Below, piece after piece: positions 6,102 to 12,431 of a stretch of DNA of 12,513 nucleotides (the stretch's first letter is position 1; every line of letters starts with the position of its first letter). The notes under the pieces were generated by a model, which did not search any database, was not told the DNA's origin, and worked only from the letters and a program-made list of their open reading frames with translations. The translations under genes were made by a program, and so were the position numbers. The DNA is from Candidatus Bathyarchaeia archaeon (GTDB lineage Archaea; Thermoproteota; Bathyarchaeia; Bathyarchaeales; Bathycorpusculaceae), in contig JASEET010000003.1 of NCBI GenBank assembly GCA_030019335.1, positions 7,743 through 20,255 on the forward strand. The letters run 5' to 3'.

Positions 6102-8489
6102 ATGAAGGTTACGTTTTGGCTTTCAGACGTGAATTACGAAGTTAAGAATAATACGCCTGAAATTTGGCTTTGGGGTATTGATGATTCTGGAAATAGAGTG
6201 CTGGTTATTGACAGGAATTTTCTTGCGTATTTTTATGCTGTGATTGAGGAGAATGTGGACCCGGCGAAAGTTGTTGAAGAAATTGAAGCTGGAAAGGGTG
6301 AGTATCCGTTTATAACGAAGGTTGAGGTTGTTGAACGCAAATTTTTTGGAAAACCTGTGAAAGCCTTGAAGGTTTACTGCGGAGATCCTGATGTAATATT
6401 AAAATGTGGTAGGGTTCTTCGGAAACTCGAAGGTGTAAAGGATTGTCTCGAAGAGGATATTCGGTGTTCTATGCGTTACTTAATTGATAACGATGTTGTT
6501 CCGTGTGGATGGCACGAGATAGAAGTGAGTGAAGAAGCAAACACTTTAGGTGTTCAAGTTGATAAGGTTTACATGGCTAAATCTTTTCCAAAGCTTCGTG
6601 AAAAGGCTGAAGTTCCACAATTGAGGATTTTAGGCTTCTCAACAATATGCTATAGCAGAGAGGGTTCTCCAAAACCTGACAGAAACCCCGTTGTCATGAT
6701 TTCGGTTGCAACAAACAAGGGTGAACAGAAACAGTTTTTAGCAGAAGACCAAAGCGACAGGTCGGTCCTAGAAGCTTTCATGAGTTATGTTAAAAGTTTT
6801 GACCCAGACCTTATTGTTGGTTATGGTGTGAACAGACAAGACTGGCCTTACCTTAAGGAGCGATGTAGAAAACTTGGATTGAAGTTGTCTGTTGATAGGG
6901 CGGGAACGGAGCCTCATAGAAGTGTTTATGGGCATGTTTCATTAACTGGACGGGCTAATATGGATCTGTTCGATTTTGCGGATGAGTTTCCAGAAGTTAA
7001 GGTTAGGACTTTGGAGAATCTGGCAGACTATTTGGGCGTTATGAAGATTGCAGAGCGCACTTTGATTGAAGACGTTGACTTTGCTGATTACTGGGACAAT
7101 AAGGAGAAACGCGAGGCTCTGAAGAGGTTTTCTGTGGATAACACTCGCTGTATCATGGGGATAACTGACGCTATTCTAGACTTTGCTATGCAGCTCTCAA
7201 GTCTTGTGAGTCTGCCGCTTGATCATGTTGGAACAGCAGCCGTGGGCTTCAGAGTTGAATGGTTTCTTATAAAGCACGCTCATAAAATCGGTGAGCTTGT
7301 GCCTAAACGGGTTGAGAAGCCCTATAGGCCGTATGTAGGTGGCATCGTGCTTAAGCCGGAGCCTGGGCTACATGAAAACATTGCTGTTTTAGACTTTAAG
7401 GCTATGTATCCAAACATAATGATAGCTTACAACTTGTCTCCGGATACTTATGTGTCGCCGAAAGAACCTATCCCGCCATGTGGGGTTTATGCGGCTCCAG
7501 AGGTTAAGCATAGGTTCCGAAAGGAGCCAGCGGGAATCTATAGGAAAGTTTTATCATATCTTATTAAGGTGCGGGGTGAGATACATTCTAAACTGAAGAA
7601 GGCTGTTCCTGAAAGTGTTGAATATCGTGTTTTGGATGCGCGTCAGAAGGCTGTGAAGGTGATTACTAATGCTTCTTATGGTTATGCTGGATGGATAGGT
7701 GCAAGGTGGTTTGTAAAGCCAGTGGCTGAAGCGGCAACAGCTTGGGGGAGACATACGATACTTATGGCAACGAAGATGGCTGAAGAAGCCGGGTTAAAAG
7801 TTGTTTATGGGGATACTGACAGCCTATTCATAGAACATGATTCGGAAAAAATTGAAGAAGTATCGAAGGAAATTGGAGAAAAATTGGGGTTAGAGATTAA
7901 ACCAGACAAGGTTTACGTGAGAATATTCTTTACGGAAGCCAAAAAACGTTATGCTGGGCTTCTGCCTGATGGTCGACTGGATATTGTGGGTTTGGAGGTT
8001 GTGCGTGGAGATTGGGCGGCTATAGCTAAAAAGGTGCAGGAGAGAATTCTGGAAATTGTTTTGAAGGAGCAGTGTCCTGAGAAGGCTGTTGAGTTTGTGC
8101 GGCAGTTTATTTATGAGCTTTGGCAGAGGCGTGTTCCGTATCGTGATCTTATTATTTGGAAGACTTTGACTAAGCCTGTTGAAGAGTATGCTGTGAGGGC
8201 TTCTCATGTTGAGGCTGCGAAGATGTTGAAGGAGAAGGGTTGGGAGCTTACGGTAGGTGATAAAGTGGGTTATGTGGTGGTTGTTGGGTCGGGGCGCTTA
8301 TATGAGAGGGTTAAGCCCCACGTGTTTGCTTCGTATGATGATGTGGATATTGAATATTATGTGTCTAAGCAGGTTGTGCCTGCTGCGGTTAGAATTCTTG
8401 GAAGTTTTGGTATATCTGAGGAGCAGTTGTTAAAATCTGGGGTGAAGGAGAGGGAAACTAGGAGACTTACAGATTTTTTTGGAAGCTGA
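6102..8489 (+). CDS. polB: Family B DNA polymerase with intact polymerase motifs and degenerate 3'-5' exonuclease motifs
   Basis: Collinear with the Pfu/Tgo-type PolB. Present are YVGG, motif A LDFKAMYPNIMIAYNLSPDT, motif B KVITNASYGY, motif C VVYGDTDS and KKRYA. The ExoI position reads FSTIC where FDIET is expected, and the ExoIII position reads FSVDN where YSMED is expected. No intein. Confidence 0.95.
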   Translation: MKVTFWLSDVNYEVKNNTPEIWLWGIDDSGNRVLVIDRNFLAYFYAVIEENVDPAKVVEEIEAGKGEYPFITKVEVVERKFFGKPVKALKVYCGDPDVILKCGRVLRKLEGVKDCLEEDIRCSMRYLIDNDVVPCGWHEIEVSEEANTLGVQVDKVYMAKSFPKLREKAEVPQLRILGFSTICYSREGSPKPDRNPVVMISVATNKGEQKQFLAEDQSDRSVLEAFMSYVKSFDPDLIVGYGVNRQDWPYLKERCRKLGLKLSVDRAGTEPHRSVYGHVSLTGRANMDLFDFADEFPEVKVRTLENLADYLGVMKIAERTLIEDVDFADYWDNKEKREALKRFSVDNTRCIMGITDAILDFAMQLSSLVSLPLDHVGTAAVGFRVEWFLIKHAHKIGELVPKRVEKPYRPYVGGIVLKPEPGLHENIAVLDFKAMYPNIMIAYNLSPDTYVSPKEPIPPCGVYAAPEVKHRFRKEPAGIYRKVLSYLIKVRGEIHSKLKKAVPESVEYRVLDARQKAVKVITNASYGYAGWIGARWFVKPVAEAATAWGRHTILMATKMAEEAGLKVVYGDTDSLFIEHDSEKIEEVSKEIGEKLGLEIKPDKVYVRIFFTEAKKRYAGLLPDGRLDIVGLEVVRGDWAAIAKKVQERILEIVLKEQCPEKAVEFVRQFIYELWQRRVPYRDLIIWKTLTKPVEEYAVRASHVEAAKMLKEKGWELTVGDKVGYVVVVGSGRLYERVKPHVFASYDDVDIEYYVSKQVVPAAVRILGSFGISEEQLLKSGVKERETRRLTDFFGS

Positions 8490-8527
8490 CGTTTTCTATT
8501 GCATTTGATTGTGGTTTTTGATGGTTG

Positions 8528-9649
8528 TTATGTGTTTTCTTTTATGTCTGAGAATTTTATTAGCTGAACGTTTAATGGTGGTTTGACTGCATCTGATATG
8601 CGTGAAGCAATAATGTTCTTTATGTTTTTCTTGCTTGCTACATCGACGATTCTTTGTGTTATGATTCCGTCGAAGATAACTGTGTCCACACCCTCTATTT
8701 GTTGAAGTTTCTCTGCTAGTTGGCTTACTGGCAGTCGTTCTATTTGCTCCATTTTATCGGTTAAGAGAACAGCCTCTAAAGTGCCTTCTACATCCTTTAT
8801 TATTTGAGTAAATTCTTTAGGGGCCTCTATCTTTGGCTTTTCCCTTTTTGGTTTATATAGTTCTTTAATTGGATTTTTGTTTTTTAGTGCTTCGAATATT
8901 TCTCTGCAGTTTAATTCCTCAACTTCTTTCCCTCTGGGTGCTCTAGTAACGTATTTTATGTTTGCCACTTGCAGAAGTTCTTTTAGAATTAGGTCTCCAC
9001 CTCTGTCTCCGTCTAGGAAGGCTGTTGCTTCTTTTTCTTTGGAAAGTTTTTTTATTATTTCTGGGATTTTTGCGCCTTCTACAGCTATGACGTTGTATAT
9101 TCCGCATCGCATCATGTTGATTACGTCAGCTCTTCCTTCAACAATGATTATCTCTTCTGCACTGTCCACTTCTGGTCCGGCTGACAGTTTTTCAGGTCCA
9201 TATTTTTCCACTTTTACGATTTTCAGTGTTTCTGCGACTTCTTTGAATATCTCGTCTACTGAGGGCATGGATTCAATTGTCCATTCGTGTAGGATTTTCT
9301 TGGCTCTGTCAATTATTACTTTTCTGCGTTCTCCTCTGACATCTTCGATTTTTTCGAGGGTTACTTTTGCGGCGCATGGTCCTGTTCTGTTTATGCTTTC
9401 TATGCTTGCGGCTATTAAGGCTGTGGAAACTCTGTCTAGGCTTGTTGGAATTGTTATTGTGCCTGTGGTTTTGTCTTGTTTGGATTGCAATTCGATTTCT
9501 ATTCTGCCTATTCTTCCTGATTTCTGTAGTTCTCTTAGGTCGAGTTCTGGTCCGAATAGGCCTTCTGTTTGTCCGAAAACGGCTCCTATAACATCTGATT
9601 TTTCAACTACGCCTTCTATTTCGAATTTTGCGCGTATAACATACTTTAC
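8528..9649 (-). CDS. dnaG: Archaeal DnaG primase / exosome-associated Toprim protein; 5' end uncertain because no canonical start codon is present
   Basis: Toprim motifs IIIVEGRADV and FLDGDRGGD. The conserved archaeal DnaG N-terminal domain KYVIRAKFEIEGVVEKSDVIGAVFGQTEGLFGPELDLRELQKSGRIGRIEIE is encoded in frame at 9646-9491, upstream of the first canonical start (TTG at 9490). The frame is open back to TAA at 9700-9698. Confidence 0.9.
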   Translation of the reverse strand, partial: VKYVIRAKFEIEGVVEKSDVIGAVFGQTEGLFGPELDLRELQKSGRIGRIEIELQSKQDKTTGTITIPTSLDRVSTALIAASIESINRTGPCAAKVTLEKIEDVRGERRKVIIDRAKKILHEWTIESMPSVDEIFKEVAETLKIVKVEKYGPEKLSAGPEVDSAEEIIIVEGRADVINMMRCGIYNVIAVEGAKIPEIIKKLSKEKEATAFLDGDRGGDLILKELLQVANIKYVTRAPRGKEVEELNCREIFEALKNKNPIKELYKPKREKPKIEAPKEFTQIIKDVEGTLEAVLLTDKMEQIERLPVSQLAEKLQQIEGVDTVIFDGIITQRIVDVASKKNIKNIIASRISDAVKPPLNVQLIKFSDIKENT

Positions 9650-9778
9650 GGTAAATGCTTGTGATGATCCCGTAAGCGTGCACCTCCGATGATTAGGTTA
9701 AGTTAGTTTAATCGCGTGATGAGAGAATTGTGCTCTCAAGTCACGAGATTTTTTATTAACTGTTACTCTTTATTAGTT

Positions 9779-10195
9779 TTATGAATTACAAATCTTCCTC
9801 TTTAAGGTTTCCATGTAAGTGGCTAAACTTTCAATGTCTTTAACGTCTTTTCCCACGAGTTTTGAGAGTTTAGTCCAAAATGTGAGGTTGGGTTTTATTT
9901 TTGTTTTTTCTAGGTTTTGTTTTAGGCGTTTTGTCCATTCTTTTCCTCGTCTGTCGAAATCCAATAATAAAATGACTTCTCGTGCTCTGCTTTTCTCTAT
10001 TTCGGAGATAACGTCTAGAAATGATTTTCCGCCGGTTTTTGCGGAGATTATTTTTCCTTTTACAGCTAACGTCTTTAAGGTTTCGATGTCTTTTTTTCCT
10101 TCTACGATTATGGGTGTTCCTTTTGCAGTTTCTTGGGTTAGACGTTCTAAGATTTGTAGAATTTTTTCTTCTTTCTGTTTGAGGCATGTTGACAA
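9779..10195 (-). CDS. Small Toprim-domain protein (COG1658 / RNase M5-like small primase-like protein)
   Basis: PIIVEGKKDIETL (Toprim Glu) and VILLLDFDRRGKEW (DxD). 138 aa. TTG start 5 nt after the tyrS stop, with AGGT ~10 nt upstream. Confidence 0.75.
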   Translation of the reverse strand: MSTCLKQKEEKILQILERLTQETAKGTPIIVEGKKDIETLKTLAVKGKIISAKTGGKSFLDVISEIEKSRAREVILLLDFDRRGKEWTKRLKQNLEKTKIKPNLTFWTKLSKLVGKDVKDIESLATYMETLKRKICNS

Positions 10196-10200
10196 GGTTT

Positions 10201-11289
10201 TTACCTGGTTGTTTCAGTGTTTTTTACGATGTTTAGGCATTCTTTTGCTTGTCTGTTGTTTTTAAAATATGTTCTGACGGGTTCGAGGATTTTTGTTAGT
10301 TCTTCTGCTACTGCGTTTTTTAGGTCTTGTGGATGCAAATTGCCGTGCCTGTAGGTTGTTTCTAATTCTTGGTAGTTTTGGAATTCTACTGTGCCGCCGA
10401 ATTTGGCTGGTCGTTCTATTGTTAATGTTTTTCGTTCTCTGAAGATTATGTGTTTGCAGATATCTAAGATTGGGTTGAATTTTATGGTTTTTTCTGGGCA
10501 GAAGGCTTTGGTTATTTTTTGTTTTATCTCTTCTGGTGAGTCGTAGAGGAATACACATGTTTCGGGTTTGCTTTTTGACATTTTGGCTGAAGATAGGGCT
10601 TCTTTTTCTTTTCCTTTTGGGATTGGCCAAATTGTTGGTTTTTCTAGGCCTTGTAGTAGGTGGTGGTGGACGCATATTGGTTTCCAGAATCCGAGTTTTT
10701 CGCCGAGTTCTCTGGCTACTACATTTGCTTTGCGTTGGTCCATGCCTAATTGGCAGATTTTTACTTTCATGTGGAATATGTCTGCTACCTGCATTGGCGT
10801 GTATAGGAAGTCTGAGACGTAGTGTGCTTCTGTTTCTTTTCTTCCAGCGATTTCTAGGGTTCTTCTTGTTCTGGCTATTGTGAGGTTTTTTGCGATTGTT
10901 ATTGTTTTTGTCCAGTAGTTTATGTCGTCGTAAAGTTCGTCTGAGTATATGAATTCAACTTTGTCTTTTGGGACGCCTAGGGCTATCCATGAATATTTGA
11001 AGAGGTCTGCTGCTTTTTTGATTAGTTGGAGGTTGCCGCCTAGTTTGTTGTTTAGCCAGGCGTGCCATGTGGAAAGATAAGCCTTAAAGTGTATTCCGGC
11101 TTCTGCAAAGTCTTTCATTTTGTATGCGCAGATGACGCCTGTTCCTAAGTGGACGAGGCCGGATGGTTCCCAGCCGTTGTAGGCTATGGGGTGTTGTTCG
11201 GTTTCTAATAGGTTTTTTAGGTCTTTTATGGTTAGGACTTCTTCTGTTGGGGGTTTGCAGATTAGTTCGATTTTTGTTTCTGTGTCCAA
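10201..11289 (-). CDS. tyrS: Tyrosyl-tRNA synthetase (archaeal, crenarchaeal/TACK-type long form)
   Basis: Class I aaRS with EPSGLVHLG (HIGH region) and KMSKS. The C-terminus HPQDLKNAVAEELTKILEPVR closely matches M. jannaschii TyrRS (HPMDLKNAVAEELIKILEPIR). STWHAWLNNKLGG is typical of the crenarchaeal-type enzyme. TTG start. Confidence 0.9.
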   Translation of the reverse strand: MDTETKIELICKPPTEEVLTIKDLKNLLETEQHPIAYNGWEPSGLVHLGTGVICAYKMKDFAEAGIHFKAYLSTWHAWLNNKLGGNLQLIKKAADLFKYSWIALGVPKDKVEFIYSDELYDDINYWTKTITIAKNLTIARTRRTLEIAGRKETEAHYVSDFLYTPMQVADIFHMKVKICQLGMDQRKANVVARELGEKLGFWKPICVHHHLLQGLEKPTIWPIPKGKEKEALSSAKMSKSKPETCVFLYDSPEEIKQKITKAFCPEKTIKFNPILDICKHIIFRERKTLTIERPAKFGGTVEFQNYQELETTYRHGNLHPQDLKNAVAEELTKILEPVRTYFKNNRQAKECLNIVKNTETTR

Positions 11290-11340
11290 GCTTTTTACCT
11301 GCCAGCGTTCTGTTAGCCTCTAAGGTTGTATGTAAAAGTG

Positions 11341-11354
11341 AGACTTAAAAGTTA
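11341..11354 (+). repeat. Direct repeat AGACTTAAAAGTTA (left copy)
   Basis: Matches AGACTTAAAGTTTA at 11460-11473 (13 identities, with one single-nt gap in each copy). Together the two copies bracket a 105-nt segment. Confidence 0.5.
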
Positions 11355-11404
11355 GGTTGTGTGGGTGCTGTTTTTACTTTTTTAAAATTTGCGGAAAACT
11401 GGTT

Positions 11405-11426
11405 AAACGATACCTCCCTATCGTTT
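11405..11426 (+). other. 8-bp hairpin AAACGATA(cctccc)TATCGTTT running into a T-run
   Basis: Perfect 8-bp inverted repeat with a 6-nt C-rich loop. The 3' arm and the following T residues form the start of motif copy B. The shape is terminator-like on the + strand. Confidence 0.5.
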
Positions 11427-11452
11427 TTGATACCCTCTCCCCCTACGTTTTC
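11418..11452 (+). repeat. C-rich motif, copy B (CTATCGTTTTTGATACCCTCTCCCCCTACGTTTTC)
   Basis: 31/38 aligned identity with copy A at 15-52, in the same orientation. Confidence 0.6.
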
Positions 11453-11459
11453 TGCGTCA

Positions 11460-11473
11460 AGACTTAAAGTTTA
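11460..11473 (+). repeat. Direct repeat AGACTTAAAGTTTA (right copy)
   Basis: Pairs with 11341-11354. It also lies inside the palindrome CTTAAA-G-TTTAAG. Confidence 0.5.
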
Positions 11474-11747
11474 AGCGTTTTGAGTTTTTGTTTCATGAGA
11501 AGACGTGAATCGGATTTGAGGGTTCATGTCATAAAACAAGACGTTCACCCCATGCTCATACGCCCATACTTTTACCAATCAACCATCGACTTTGGAAACT
11601 TTACCTTCATCTTTTCAGCTGTCATATTTTCAGTCACTCGGGTTGGAAACATTATTAGGTCCTTTTCAGCATCAGCGGGAACTGGGACAGGCTCTTTTAA
11701 ACCTCTCCGCTCAATTTGAATACATCGTTCAACTATAGCAAGAAAAT

Positions 11748-12032
11748 ATGACTTTATTTCGTTTTACAGACCCTGTAAACAACAACATCGTGGAAAGGCT
11801 TCAAGGAACCATCAGAGAGAGGGATAAGGTGATGAGGGGCATGGATGGAGAGATAACGGGACAAGACTTAATAAACGGACTCAGAATCTACTACAACTTC
11901 ATTAGACCACACATGAGCTTAAACGGAAAAACACCGGCCGAAGAAGCGGGAATCAACCTCAAACTAGAAGGAAATAAATGGCTAGCTCTAATAGAAAAAG
12001 CCTACAACAACCGAGATGAACAACCGAAATGA
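11748..12032 (+). pseudogene. C-terminal fragment of an IS6-family DDE transposase; the N-terminal DD region is missing
   Basis: NNNIVERLQGTIRERDKVMRGM...LRIYYNFIRPHMSLNGKTPAEEAGI is the C-terminal third of archaeal IS6-type transposases, carrying the catalytic E in N-x-x-E-R and the YYNFIRPH tail. Only ~94 aa remain and there is no upstream catalytic D...D region. An in-frame TAG lies at 11736-11738. Confidence 0.75.
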
Positions 12033-12033
12033 A

Positions 12034-12055
12034 CAACCTTTATTTGAACAGAACC
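12034..12055 (-). repeat. IS6-type right terminal inverted repeat
   Basis: The minus strand reads GGTTCTGTTCAAATAAAGGTTG, and it starts 2 nt after the transposase stop codon. Confidence 0.6.
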
Positions 12056-12105
12056 CGCCTGCCGACAAATGAGAAAAGTTTTTGCCTTTAATAATGAGGT
12101 ACAAC

Positions 12106-12200
12106 ATGAGAGTTTTTGTTATCGGAGGAACAGGTTTTTTGGAATTCATTTGCTACCTAAGCTCCTGAAACAAGGCTATGATGTTACTTTGAAACTATGA
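12106..12200 (+). pseudogene. N-terminal stub of an NAD-dependent epimerase/dehydratase (Rossmann GxxGxxG), frameshifted and truncated
   Basis: ATG preceded by GAGGT. MRVFVIGGTGFL then shifts frame at the T6 run, and the -1 frame continues GIHLLPKLLKQGYDVTLKL*. This fits the SDR-epimerase N-terminus (GGTGFxGxHLxxxLLxxGxxV). No downstream remainder of the gene is present. Confidence 0.55.
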
Positions 12201-12211
12201 GAGGTAAGAAG

Positions 12212-12431
12212 ATGGGAAAAAGTTCATGGATAAAAGATTTTTTCTGTGGACTCCGATATCTCAGATTTGAATGTCCACAATGTCATTACATCGTTGAAAT
12301 TTCTGAGTTAAGAAAGAGTATTTGGGCTGAATATGCCTAGGTCGCATTACCTAAAATGTCCTGAATGTGGTAAGAGAGTTTGGATGAAAGCTGTACAAAG
12401 TGACGAGGAAATGGAAGAGACATTGATATAA
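12212..12431 (+). pseudogene. Split 4-Cys zinc-ribbon ORF: two overlapping small ORFs, 12212-12340 and 12333-12431
   Basis: ORF1 is MGKSSWIKDFFCGLRYLRFECPQCHYIVEISELRKSIWAEYA* and carries one CxxC. ORF2 is MPRSHYLKCPECGKRVWMKAVQSDEEMEETLI*, lies in the +1 frame, and carries the second CxxC. They overlap at ATATGCCTAG. Each half alone has only half a zinc ribbon. Confidence 0.4.

Larger units (their letters stand above)
11748..12055 (+). mobile_element. Truncated IS6-family insertion sequence remnant (right end intact, left boundary unknown)
   Basis: The transposase fragment is followed by a terminal inverted repeat. The reverse complement of 12034-12055 is GGTTCTGTTCAAATAAAGGTTG, which resembles the IS6-family IR consensus (IS257/IS431-type GGTTCTGTTGCAAAGT). 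Confidence 0.6.

Noticed and set aside
7554-8207. Minus-strand ORFs 7554-7754 and 7890-8207
   Set aside because: They lie antisense within polB and the translations are low-complexity.
8877-9692. 271-aa + strand ORF, and the 74-aa ORF at 9367-9591
   Set aside because: These are shadow ORFs antisense to dnaG. They are Ser/Phe/Leu-rich and low-complexity, and the minus strand carries clear DnaG homology.
9712-9756. Box C/D sRNA, prompted by GUGAUGA at 9716-9722
   Set aside because: No box D (CUGA), no C'/D' boxes and no terminal stem in the right register. The opposing strand lacks the GA needed for a kink-turn.
9819-10883. ORFs 9819-10265 (+), 9870-10187 (-), 10262-10675 (-), 10536-10883 (+), 10568-10822 (+) and 11163-11348 (+)
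   Set aside because: These are alternative-frame or antisense shadows of the Toprim and tyrS genes. The translations are Arg/Lys/Asn-rich or Leu/Phe-rich strings with no motifs.
11521-11662. Candidate left inverted repeats of the IS6 remnant (GGTTCATGTCATAAAACAAG at 11521, GGTTGGAAACATTATTAGGT at 11641)
   Set aside because: Only ~50-70% match to the right IR, and the better one needs three gaps. I cannot distinguish this from chance without a full-length reference copy.
11480-11719. 79-aa + strand ORF (MSFCFMRRRESDL...)
   Set aside because: No motifs and an implausible composition. The region is open in several frames on both strands and looks like relic DNA next to the IS fragment, so it is not called as a gene.
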